Assembly: GCA_963718855.1 (NCBI GenBank)
Contig: CAVRAA010000006.1
Location: 214,988-278,987, forward strand
DNA from: an uncultured Nitrospiraceae bacterium
GTDB taxonomy: Bacteria > Nitrospirota > Thermodesulfovibrionia > Thermodesulfovibrionales > SM23-35
Direction: 5' to 3'
Length of the DNA: 64,000 nt
Part shown: in pieces, positions 10,145-19,455 of the stretch
How the letters are laid out: the number at the start of each line of letters is the position of its first letter
Position numbering within the stretch: the first letter of the stretch is position 1
Position numbers and translations under genes: made by a program
The notes under the pieces: generated by a model
Databases searched by the model: none
Told to the model about the DNA's origin: nothing
The model's input: only the letters and a program-made list of their open reading frames with translations

Positions 10145-11122
10145 GTGATCGCGGGAATGATTCGTGCATGGCTTATTCGATGCCTTATGGCGGCCGCCTT
10201 AAGCGGTTTCTTTTTTCCTGACAGAGTGCCGGCGCAGGAAGGGAACCTTCTAAGAGAGGCCATTGAAGGCGCTGTCTTTATTTATGATTCATCCGCAGCG
10301 CCATGCGCTCCTGTCGTGGAATCTGTTCCACCCCGTAAAACGCTGCGCCCCATAGGGAGTGGATTCATCGTAGTCTTGAAGCCTTATCCCGATGCAGTAT
10401 CAGCGGGCGACAGAATGCAGACATATCCCTTTTTGATAACAGCCCATCACGTTATTGGCAATCGTGATGCCATTATCGTCAGGATGAACAGGTCTGACAG
10501 GCCGGAACTTGTCTGTTTTCCCGTCAAATTAATAACAGAGGGAAAAAATCAGAATGTTTTTGCAAGCCAAAGGGCAGAAGTAGATCTGATTGCAATACGT
10601 TTGCCGGACATTCATAATACTGCCTTTGCAGAATATAATTACTCCATGATCATGGATGAAGATCTCATGAAGAAGGAAGGAGTCTGCGAAGGGACGGATA
10701 TTTTTACTGTTGGATACTTATTTGGTTACACGGGCGAGAGACAGAATTTATCGGTCGTCAGGTTCGGAAAAGTGGCTTTACTGTCACATGAAGCCTGGTA
10801 TCACAGTGATTCTCCCCGGAATATGGATGAACACGCATACCTTGCAGAACTGCAAAGCGAGCGCGGGCTCAGCGGCACACCTGTCATGCTTCGGAACCCA
10901 CGGCTTCGTCTCGACAGAGACGGTATATACCGCTATCAGCAGGTTAAACCGTATGTCATAGGAGTGCTGAAAGGGGGACTGCGTTCATGGGTCGGAGGGG
11001 ATCAGGGAATGGCAGCGATTGAGCCTGCATACCATCTGCGGGCACTCCTGAAGAGGATTGCTGACCAATTGGCGGCATCGGGCATTCCGATAGACTTAGG
11101 GTCGCCGGGGTCGGACAAGTAA
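10145..11122 (+). CDS. Secreted trypsin-like (S1/Trypsin_2-like) serine peptidase, putative
   Basis: Signal-like N-terminus with a candidate triad context: ITAHHV (His), VDLIAIRL (Asp), GLSGTPV (Ser). Confidence 0.55.
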   Translation: MIAGMIRAWLIRCLMAAALSGFFFPDRVPAQEGNLLREAIEGAVFIYDSSAAPCAPVVESVPPRKTLRPIGSGFIVVLKPYPDAVSAGDRMQTYPFLITAHHVIGNRDAIIVRMNRSDRPELVCFPVKLITEGKNQNVFASQRAEVDLIAIRLPDIHNTAFAEYNYSMIMDEDLMKKEGVCEGTDIFTVGYLFGYTGERQNLSVVRFGKVALLSHEAWYHSDSPRNMDEHAYLAELQSERGLSGTPVMLRNPRLRLDRDGIYRYQQVKPYVIGVLKGGLRSWVGGDQGMAAIEPAYHLRALLKRIADQLAASGIPIDLGSPGSDK

Positions 11123-11232
11123 TCATTGGGGATAGTATGGCAAAGGTCGAAATCCTCGCGACGAAAGAGGCAGCAAGAACGGTCTGACCGGGTTTTGCGA
11201 ATGTCTGAAGAAAGGCGGGTGAGTTCAGCTTT

Positions 11233-11997
11233 TTACGGAATAGTGAGCGCATCGAGTATGCTGAAAAGCGCTTTTACTGCAGTTGAATCGCCGGGAAGTA
11301 CGCAGACCGCTTTTCCCTGAAGATCGAACTCTGAGATTGCAGGGTCCTGCGGGATAATGCCCGCAACTGTGAGGCCGGCATCTTTCGCCAATGCTTCAAG
11401 TTCGGGTGCTCCCTTCGTCACTCTGTTAATGATAACAACGTTTTTTTTAATTTCGAGCTGAAGTTCATCGACAAGCCTATCGATCCTTTTCGCAGTCTGA
11501 ATCCCTTTTACCGTGGGATCGCTTATGATGAGAAGCAGGTTGACCTTATGAGTCGTTCTTCTGCTTAAATGTTCCATTCCCGCCTCGTTATCGATAACGA
11601 CATAGTGATACGATTCGGAAAGGGCATCGGTATATTTGCGTATGATATTATTTGCAGCGCAGTAACAGCCGGGACCTTCGGGCCTTCCCATCACCATCAG
11701 ATCAAATCCTTTTGATTCAACGAGCGACTGCTGTACCTGGTAGTCGAAAATCTGTTCCATCGACATGCCGCCTGGTCGTTCAGCGCCGCTTCTTATCAAC
11801 TCGAGGGATTCCTCCCGCAATGTCCCTATCGTTGTATGGACGTCCACTCCGAGCGCCTCATTCAGGCAGCTGTTGGAATCGGCGTCCACGGCAAGCACGG
11901 GTTTATTTCTTTTCTCGACGAGATAGCGGACAGTCAGCCCCGCGACAGTCGTCTTGCCTGTGCCGCCTTTCCCCGCCAGTGCGATGATAAAAGCCAT
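11233..11997 (-). CDS. CooC/MinD-family P-loop ATPase
   Basis: Deviant Walker A at the N-terminus (ALAGKGGTGKTT), VDADSNSCL, CYCAANN. Typical of CooC-type nickel-insertion/accessory ATPases. Confidence 0.75.
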   Translation of the reverse strand: MAFIIALAGKGGTGKTTVAGLTVRYLVEKRNKPVLAVDADSNSCLNEALGVDVHTTIGTLREESLELIRSGAERPGGMSMEQIFDYQVQQSLVESKGFDLMVMGRPEGPGCYCAANNIIRKYTDALSESYHYVVIDNEAGMEHLSRRTTHKVNLLLIISDPTVKGIQTAKRIDRLVDELQLEIKKNVVIINRVTKGAPELEALAKDAGLTVAGIIPQDPAISEFDLQGKAVCVLPGDSTAVKALFSILDALTIP

Positions 11998-12054
11998 TTA
12001 GTATTATAAGAGACTTGTTGCAAATTTTCCCCTAATGACGGAAAATATGAAAAT

Positions 12055-12555
12055 ATGGAACAGTTGCGTAAGAGATTCAGATGTACTATGCGCTATGCCC
12101 TCTTTTTTTTAATCCTCTCGTTTATACTTCTTTCAGGAATGCAATCCGGTTTTGCTCTGGCAATAAGTACCCCATCTTATGTCGGATCAGATGCATGCAG
12201 TGGCTGTCACGAACAGGAATATAACGGCTTCGTGAAGTATGCAAAGAAAAGTAAATCCTTCAACAGCATCGAAAGAGTAAAAAAGGGTTTGACCGAAGAA
12301 GAAATAAAAGGCTGCTATGTCTGTCATACCACGGGATTCGGTAAACCCGGAGGATTTATCAGTATCGAAAAGACCCCCCATCTCAAGAACGCAGGGTGTG
12401 AAGTATGTCATGGCCCCGGCGGGGTTCATATAAAAACAACAAACCGGCAGGACATTAAGAGGAAGATGACATTGAAAGACTGTGAGGTATGCCACACGTC
12501 TGAGCGGGTCCGTGCATTCAGATATAAGCCAATGATTCACGGAGGAGCGCATTAG
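12055..12555 (+). CDS. Periplasmic tetraheme cytochrome c
   Basis: Signal peptide and four CxxCH motifs (CSGCH, CYVCH, CEVCH, CEVCH). The start may be the internal Met at 12088. Confidence 0.85.
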   Translation: MEQLRKRFRCTMRYALFFLILSFILLSGMQSGFALAISTPSYVGSDACSGCHEQEYNGFVKYAKKSKSFNSIERVKKGLTEEEIKGCYVCHTTGFGKPGGFISIEKTPHLKNAGCEVCHGPGGVHIKTTNRQDIKRKMTLKDCEVCHTSERVRAFRYKPMIHGGAH

Positions 12556-12593
12556 TCACGCTGAGCAGTTGAAAATCAGGGAATAAGAGAAAA

Positions 12594-15293
12594 ATGTTTG
12601 GTGTAATCAGAAAGAGACTGGGCTACAAGATCATGTTTGCCATGCTGGCCATCATTTTGCTGGTGCTGCTTGCTGAAATCTATATGCGCATCTATTTCGG
12701 CACAAAAGACAGGCTCGAAATTGCAGCAACGTTAAGTGCCGAACTGGCGGACTCTGTATATGCCGGAATCAAGCATCCTATGGAAATTGGCGACAGTGAA
12801 GCGATTAAGCGAGAGTTATCGGACATAAGAGACAAGATGAAGGATATCGAGGTATTTATCTGTGATTTCAACAAGGAGGTTGTCTATTCCACACATACGG
12901 ATAAAATAAAAGCAAATCTTCAGGATTTAATTAATAACAAGACCATTTCGTATAACCTGACAGAGAGCCTGAAAACAGGGGTCGAACCCCACATCGACCA
13001 GCGTAAGCCCTTTGAGGACGTTGTCTCAGGCAGAAGACAAATTGTTGTCATGCGGCCTATCCTGAATGAAAAGGAATGCTATCACTGCCATGGGTCATCG
13101 AGAAAGGTCCTCGGCGGGATTGTGGTGAGACTTGATGCAGAGCGGACCTATGCACAGGTTGTCGCGCAGCGGAACCGCACGATAATGATAGTTATATTCC
13201 TCATCCCGATCGCAATCGTCCTTGTCTATCTTATGGTGAACAGGTTAGTCAGGCATCCTGTGGAGAGCCTTGCAGACAAGGCGAATAAATTTGCAGAGGG
13301 AGACATGGCTGTGAAGGTGGACGTGAATACTGACGATGAAATCGGCATTCTTGGACGAACCTTCAACTATATGGTTGACAGTGTTTCATCGTTCAGCAAA
13401 AAACTGGAAGAGGAAGTAAAGAGAAAAACTGCTTTGCTGAATGAAAGAACGCGACTGATGACTTTACTGGAAAGGGCGAATAAGGACCTCCGGGAGATGG
13501 ATAAAATGAAGTCAACATTTCTTGCAAACATGTCTCATGAGCTTCGTACTCCCATGAATGCCATTATCGGCTATACCGATCTTTTGATAGACGGGGTGGA
13601 TGGTCCGATCAACGAAGAGCAGGACAAGAGCCTTAACAAGGTCGCAACGAATGCGAGGCATCTCCTCCAGTTGATCAATGACGTCCTCGATATTTCAAAG
13701 ATTGAAGCCGGCAAGATGAAGATCAATCCTAAAGAACTTGACCTGAGATGGTTGATTGAATCTGCAACGCCTACATTTGAACCCCAAATAAAGATGAAAG
13801 GGATTTCCCTTACGGTCAATATCCCTGATGAGTTGCCCCATGTCTATGGTGATGAAGCCAGGCTGAAAGAGGTTCTGATCAATCTGTTATCCAATGCGAT
13901 TAAGTTCACCCATGAGGGTGGAATAGTCGTATCTGCAAGGCTTTCGGAAAGGGGAGTAAAACCCGGTGAAGCGCCACTGTTTATGGAAATTTGCGTTGCG
14001 GATACAGGGATAGGAATAAACGAAGAAGACGTCGGAAAGATCTTTGATAAATTTGTGCAGGCAGACCTCACAACAGTACGTCAGTATGAAGGTACAGGGC
14101 TTGGCCTGAGCATTGCGAGGGGACTGATATCGCTCCATAAGGGCATGATCTGGGTGACAAGCACATTAGGAAAAGGAAGCACGTTCTGCTTTACCCTTCC
14201 TTTGAAGAAAGAGATGCTTGAAACATCTGCTGAACCGGTGGTTGAAACAAGAATGGCAGAATCCCTTGCCGATTATTTTGGAAAGCCGGTAGAGGATTTT
14301 CTGAAGGAACCGGAATACTCAGGGAAGCCGATACGGTGCTGGGAGTATGTCCGGTGCGGACAACCGAGTTGCCCGGCATACGGGAGCAAGGAAGGAAGAT
14401 GCTGGATGATTATGGGAACGCATTGTGCGGGAATGAAGATTGCTGCGTATCCGGAGAAGGCAGATTTTTGCAAGGGGTGCGACCTCATGAAAAGCATTCT
14501 GCAAAAAACTGATGAAGAGTATCGAACAGAGCCTGTGCTTACCGTAAAGGCTGACAAAAAAATCATTATGGCGATTGACGACAATCCAGAGGCAATTGAT
14601 ATTATCTGCAAATATCTTGGTGATGAGTATGCGGTGGTCGGGCTCCTTGGCGGCGAGGATGCAGTCGAAAAGGCAAAGCAGCTAAAACCGATGGCAATTA
14701 CCCTTGATATTATGATGCCGAGGAAGGATGGATGGCAGGTCTTGCGGGAGCTGAAACATGATCCCGATACGCAGGATATTCCGGTAATTATCATGTCTAT
14801 CGTCGACGACAAGAGGATGGGATTCAGCCTCGGTGCAGCTGAGTATATTGTAAAGCCTGTTGAAAAGGAAATTTTATTAAGAAAGCTGAAGACGCTCGAG
14901 AGGATGACAAAGATCAAGAGAATCCTCATAGTCGATGATGATCCGGGCACGGTGCGATTGATAGGCAATGTGCTTGAAGAGGCTGAATACCAGGTAACGA
15001 CTGCGTTTAACAGTGAAGATGCGGTAAAGTCCATTGAGAATTTCAGGCCGGATCTCATCGTTCTCAATCTTACGATGCCGAAGACCGGCTTTGATGTCAT
15101 TGAATATATTAAGGCTGCACAGGGGGCTAAAGACATCCCATTAATTGTACTCACCCAGAAGGATCTTTCTGAAAAAGAGGCCGGCGAACTGAACGAAAGA
15201 ATACAGGGCATATTGAACAAGGTTGTTCTGACAAAAGAAGACCTCTTGCAGGAATTGAAGAATACCATCACAAGGATGAGCGGCGCTCCATGA
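12594..15293 (+). CDS. Hybrid sensor histidine kinase: periplasmic CxxCH domain-HAMP-HisKA-HATPase-7-Cys module-REC-REC
   Basis: TM / periplasmic segment with CYHCH (13077-13091) / TM / HAMP. H-box MSHELRTPMN, G-boxes, Cys-rich module at 14337-14480, and two receiver domains (DIMMPRKDG, NLTMPKTG). Confidence 0.9.
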   Translation: MFGVIRKRLGYKIMFAMLAIILLVLLAEIYMRIYFGTKDRLEIAATLSAELADSVYAGIKHPMEIGDSEAIKRELSDIRDKMKDIEVFICDFNKEVVYSTHTDKIKANLQDLINNKTISYNLTESLKTGVEPHIDQRKPFEDVVSGRRQIVVMRPILNEKECYHCHGSSRKVLGGIVVRLDAERTYAQVVAQRNRTIMIVIFLIPIAIVLVYLMVNRLVRHPVESLADKANKFAEGDMAVKVDVNTDDEIGILGRTFNYMVDSVSSFSKKLEEEVKRKTALLNERTRLMTLLERANKDLREMDKMKSTFLANMSHELRTPMNAIIGYTDLLIDGVDGPINEEQDKSLNKVATNARHLLQLINDVLDISKIEAGKMKINPKELDLRWLIESATPTFEPQIKMKGISLTVNIPDELPHVYGDEARLKEVLINLLSNAIKFTHEGGIVVSARLSERGVKPGEAPLFMEICVADTGIGINEEDVGKIFDKFVQADLTTVRQYEGTGLGLSIARGLISLHKGMIWVTSTLGKGSTFCFTLPLKKEMLETSAEPVVETRMAESLADYFGKPVEDFLKEPEYSGKPIRCWEYVRCGQPSCPAYGSKEGRCWMIMGTHCAGMKIAAYPEKADFCKGCDLMKSILQKTDEEYRTEPVLTVKADKKIIMAIDDNPEAIDIICKYLGDEYAVVGLLGGEDAVEKAKQLKPMAITLDIMMPRKDGWQVLRELKHDPDTQDIPVIIMSIVDDKRMGFSLGAAEYIVKPVEKEILLRKLKTLERMTKIKRILIVDDDPGTVRLIGNVLEEAEYQVTTAFNSEDAVKSIENFRPDLIVLNLTMPKTGFDVIEYIKAAQGAKDIPLIVLTQKDLSEKEAGELNERIQGILNKVVLTKEDLLQELKNTITRMSGAP

Positions 15294-15300
15294 ACAACGT

Positions 15301-16935
15301 ATGACATTTCTCTTGACCCTCCTTTTTATTATTCTCCTTCCTTTTGACGCGTGGGCTTTCGTCTCTCATGAATATCCGGCGATTTATGTCCATATGCTTT
15401 CGCTGATTTTCTGCTTTGTTGCTCTGCTTGTTGTTTTGTGGGCTTTTATCCGTCGGGGCTTATATAAAGAGAGGAGATGGAAATACCTTTTTCTCTCCGC
15501 GATATTTCATGCCCTATGGAATGCAGACGTGATCATCGGTCGCATTGCTGAGGCCTTGTGGATAGAGAAGTCACAGATAACAGGCGCTGCAGAGGGCTGG
15601 CAGTATTTTGCGCGGCACATAACAATTGAAGGGGCGGAATATTTCTATTACATAGGAAGGCTCGATTTTATACTGCTGAATGCAGCGATGCTGTTTTTCT
15701 ACATTTGGCTGAGAGAGCATCTTCAAAAAGAGCCCGAAGAGCGCGGCATATCAACAGCGGCTTTTTTGCCGTTGTTTCCGATCTTATTTACAGAAATAGC
15801 AGGCAATATACTTTTTATTGTGCTCTCTGCGCTATGCTTCGTTACCAGCATTAAGCTCTATAAAAGAGAGCGGGCAAATGTGCTTTGGAGATATATGGTC
15901 GGGCTTTCTTCAACGTATTTTATGTTTTCCATTTCAAGGTCCTTTGGTCATATTTTTAAAAATATCCTTCTGCCGACAGGGAACCAGGGTATTTGGGATA
16001 CTCTTTATCTCGATGCGATCGGCGGAAGCCTCAACACCGTCATTCGCTTCTTAGTGGCAACACTGACCCTCTTCTTTGTATGGATCTATGAGACCTATCT
16101 CGGCATATCTGAAGACAAAAGAAAATTGCAGGTAAGCGTGGAGGAAAGGACCGGCCTCATTGAGCAACTGGAAAGAGACAAAACAGAACTTCAGGAGCTT
16201 GATAGAATGAAATCAGCCTTCATGGCAAACATGTCTCATGAACTTCGGACTCCCATGAATACCATTATCGGTTATAGTGAGATGTTGATCGACAGGGTAG
16301 ATGGTCCTCTCAACAAGGAACAGGAAGGGAGTCTCAAAAAGGTAAAAGAGAGCGCCAGGCACCTTCTCAAATTGATCGACGACGTCCTGAATATATCAAG
16401 GATAGAATCGGCAAAAATGCACCTGGAGGTAAAAGAACTGAACATGAAACATATTGTGGAATCGGTCATTCCTGCATTTGAGCCCCTGATTACACAAAAA
16501 GGGTTGACCCTGTCGCTCAAGGTAAGTGAACAATTGCCAACTGTCTATGGTGACGCAGAAAAAATTAAACAGATTTTGACAAACCTGCTGTCGAACGCAG
16601 TAAAATTCACCCATAAGGGCGGGATAACCATCACTGCTTCGGTTTCCGATACAGGTGTTAACCCCGGAGAAACGCCGCTTTTTCTGGAGGTATGCATCTC
16701 AGATACAGGGATAGGGATAAAAGAAGACGATCTTGGCAGGATTTTCGACAAGTTTGTACAGGTGGATTTCAGTTTAGTAAGATCGTATGAGGGTACAGGA
16801 CTTGGACTGAGTATTGCCAATGGACTTGTGAAATTGCATAATGGAACTATCCGGGTCGCCAGCACGTATGGAGAGGGAAGCACATTCTGTTTCACCCTGC
16901 CATTAAAAAAAGAAATCTTTGAGAAAACAACGTAA
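15301..16935 (+). CDS. Membrane sensor histidine kinase (multi-TM N-terminus), transmitter paralog of the upstream kinase
   Basis: At least 6 predicted TM helices, then HisKA/HATPase. By-eye alignment to 12594..15293 is roughly 55-60% identical over about 245 aa (MSHELRTPMN..., FCFTLPLKKE). Confidence 0.85.
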   Translation: MTFLLTLLFIILLPFDAWAFVSHEYPAIYVHMLSLIFCFVALLVVLWAFIRRGLYKERRWKYLFLSAIFHALWNADVIIGRIAEALWIEKSQITGAAEGWQYFARHITIEGAEYFYYIGRLDFILLNAAMLFFYIWLREHLQKEPEERGISTAAFLPLFPILFTEIAGNILFIVLSALCFVTSIKLYKRERANVLWRYMVGLSSTYFMFSISRSFGHIFKNILLPTGNQGIWDTLYLDAIGGSLNTVIRFLVATLTLFFVWIYETYLGISEDKRKLQVSVEERTGLIEQLERDKTELQELDRMKSAFMANMSHELRTPMNTIIGYSEMLIDRVDGPLNKEQEGSLKKVKESARHLLKLIDDVLNISRIESAKMHLEVKELNMKHIVESVIPAFEPLITQKGLTLSLKVSEQLPTVYGDAEKIKQILTNLLSNAVKFTHKGGITITASVSDTGVNPGETPLFLEVCISDTGIGIKEDDLGRIFDKFVQVDFSLVRSYEGTGLGLSIANGLVKLHNGTIRVASTYGEGSTFCFTLPLKKEIFEKTT

Positions 16936-16992
16936 CTATTTATAATAGATGATGCAAAAATAGTATGCGAACAGCAAAGACCAGGAGATGAC

Positions 16993-17409
16993 ATGCCAAG
17001 GAAACTATTGATCGTTGAAGACAATCAGGACAACCGTGAACTTGCAATCAAGGTCCTGAAAAATAAAGGCTATGAGATTATTGAGGCTGTCGACGGTGAG
17101 GAGGCCATAGAAAAGGCGATTTCGGAAAGACCCGACCTGATACTGCTCGATATCTCGCTCCCGAAATTGGATGGGTATGAAGTAGCCAAACGACTGAAGA
17201 GCATGGAAGAATTCCAGGAAATTCCGATCGTAGCCTTTACCGCACATGCCATGAAAGGGGACAGGGAAAAGGTAATAGTGGTAGGGTTCGAGGGATACAT
17301 CTCAAAGCCTATTAACGTGCGTGAATTTCCGGACCAAATAAGGGCATATCTCAGGGGAAAAAGGGAGAGCGTGTTAGGTGGAGAAGAAAAGCAAGATATT
17401 GATCGTTGA
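16993..17409 (+). CDS. Single-domain response regulator (CheY-like receiver)
   Basis: KLLIVEDN...LLDISLPKLDG...AHAMKGD...KP receiver motifs. Confidence 0.85.
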   Translation: MPRKLLIVEDNQDNRELAIKVLKNKGYEIIEAVDGEEAIEKAISERPDLILLDISLPKLDGYEVAKRLKSMEEFQEIPIVAFTAHAMKGDREKVIVVGFEGYISKPINVREFPDQIRAYLRGKRESVLGGEEKQDIDR

Positions 17410-18449
17410 TGATGCAGAAGATACCGTAGAACTCCTGAAGAAGAGATTTCGCGCCGAAGGGTATGAGACATCGGAGGCCTATAACGGGGAGGAGGCACTG
17501 CAGAGGGTGCCTGAATACGAGCCTGATTTAATCGTCCTTGATGTCATGATGCCGAAGATAGACGGCTATGAAGTCTGCCAGAGGCTTAAGGCAGATGAAA
17601 AGACAAAATACATCCCCATTCTGATGTTAACTGCAAAAGGCGAGGTCGAGCATAAGATCAAAGGGCTTGATATCGGCGCCGATGATTACATGGGAAAACC
17701 CTTTCGATTACAAAGAACTATCAGCCAGAATCCGCTCCCTGCTTTCCATAAAGGCTACGCATGAAAAAAAGGTGGTAGAGGAAAAAACCGGCGCGCTTGA
17801 ACAGATGATTGACGAAGTCGCCCACGAGATACGAAATCCCCTGACTTCCATTGGAGGATTTGCACGGAAGGTCTTCAACAAACTGCCGGAAGATGATCCG
17901 AATAGAAAATATATGCAGATGATCATTGAAGATGTTGCCGTACTTGAAAATATGATAAAGCAGCTTATCGAACTGAAATCCATGGAGATATCACAGAAGG
18001 AATCCGCGAATATAAATGAAATCATCAGCGACGCGCTAAAGGTTTTTGAGAAAGAGACCTCAGAGAAAAACATTCAGGTGTCCACGGATTTTCTGGATAA
18101 CCCGCCTTTGCTTTTCATAGACAAAAAGCTTATGAAGAGAGCACTTTGCAACATGATCAAAAATGCCATCGAGGCAATGGAGGCCACTGATTTAAAAGAA
18201 CTTGTGCTCAGGACTGTCCTGAGCGGAGATCATATTGACATTACGATGGTTGATACCGGAAAAGGTATTGAAAAGGATAAAATCAGGAATATCTTTGACC
18301 CGATGGTCTCTTCCAAGATGTTTAGTCCCGGCTTAGGTCTTACCTTTGCATTGAAAATAGTTCAATATCATGACGGCACCATTTCAGTCGAGAGCGAACC
18401 CGGCAAGGGCACAATTTTTACCATCAGATTGCCAGTCGGAAAACCTTGA
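17378..18449 (+). CDS. Receiver-HisKA-HATPase hybrid kinase, frame interrupted at about 17694-17706 as assembled
   Basis: ORF 17378..17764 reads ...GADDYMGKPF and then nonsense. ORF 17667..18449 continues ...PFDYKELSARIRSLL, then VAHEIRNPLTSIGG (H-box) and the HATPase. The switch lies in an AAAACCCTTTC run. Confidence 0.75.
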
Positions 18450-18458
18450 CGGAATGCT

Positions 18459-19195
18459 TTATTTTACAGTTTTCAGCGTCCTGATCCGCGCGATCTCTTC
18501 CTGGTAGCCGTAGATATGGGCGCCTGCGCTGTAGGCATACATTGGGCCGTTTCTCAGTGCTGACTCGCCTGCGACGTACTGTTTTAGAAGTTCTATCCCG
18601 CCGAGATTGGTGGGAAATCCTGCCCAGAGGTCCCATGACCGGAAATAAGCGCTTACGGTAAGGAAAAGATCATCGCCGGAGGGAATGACCTTGAAATCCA
18701 GAATTCTCAGGCATGGTGGGTCAATCTTGCCGTCTTTTCCATAGCAGACATCAAGGTCTTCAGGGGTGGCGATTTCGATCACCGCCTGATTGGTCAATGG
18801 AGTCTCCCTCAGCATATCAATAACACGTTCAAGCTGAGTGCCTCCCTTCGGCATGCTGTGTTGTATCCTGCTCGCATAGGTATATGTTTCATTTTCGGCA
18901 AGCTCAGGGTTCATGAGGTAGTGCGCGAAATAATCTTCGATATACTCCATGGTTGTCGGAGAGGGTATTCCTAACCCCGGCGGAATATCGGGACCAAATC
19001 GTAATAGGGATGTTCGATAAATACCGCGATACCGGGATATTGGAGGCGATATTGTTCGTTTTCGAAAGAGCCTTTCTGAATTTTTTGGGAATATGTTTTA
19101 TCAAACAGATTGTATATGAGCTGAAACCAGGCATCGGAAATAGTCTTGGCCGACAGACAGAACGGGAGCATGTGTTCCTCCTTTTTTCGAATCAT
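18459..19195 (-). CDS. Thymidylate synthase family protein (archaeal-type ThyA-like), frame interrupted near 18988-18996
   Basis: C-terminal part has DPPCLRILDF (catalytic Cys context) and YFRSWDLWAGFPTNLGG (compare ThyA QRSxDxxLGxPFN). The N-terminal 74 aa are in another frame (ORF 18971..19195). Confidence 0.65.
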
Positions 19196-19307
19196 AGTTT
19201 ATCATTTCAATGTGCTGCATGAGAAGAGGATAAAATTTGTGCTGGAGGTAGACAACTGACGTTCCAGGGGATAAACTTTATATATAGAAACAACGAGAGT
19301 CTATACT

Positions 19308-19433
19308 ATTAACCCGGCAATTATAGTTGTCATCCTGAACGGAGTGAAGGATCTCGTAACAGCATGAAAAGGCGAGATTCTTCGCATTGCTCAGAATGAC
19401 AGCATTGATCTGTTTAGTTGCTGGGTTAATAAT
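19308..19433 (+). repeat. MITE-like element, variant core, with ATTAACCCGGCAA / TTGCTGGGTTAAT terminal inverted repeats
   Basis: The termini are related to the repeat family at 33607 and 45508. Long internal hairpin: GTCATCCTGAACGGAGTGAAGGATCTCG ... CGAGATTCTTCGCATTGCTCAGAATGAC. Confidence 0.55.
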
Positions 19434-19455
19434 GCTCTCCCTGGTAATTAAATAA

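Noticed and set aside
14273-15307. Long antisense ORFs opposite strongly recognisable genes. These are 14273..15307 (344 aa), 53931..55019 (362 aa), 54970..55791, 44813..45559, 48107..48706, 48868..49443, 50135..50671, 5366..5902 and 9018..9446.
   Set aside because: Each is fully nested opposite a gene with clear family motifs (kinase, kdpB, guaA, dxs, uvrA). Their products are low-complexity Ser/Arg/Cys-rich with no recognisable motifs, so they are shadow ORFs.
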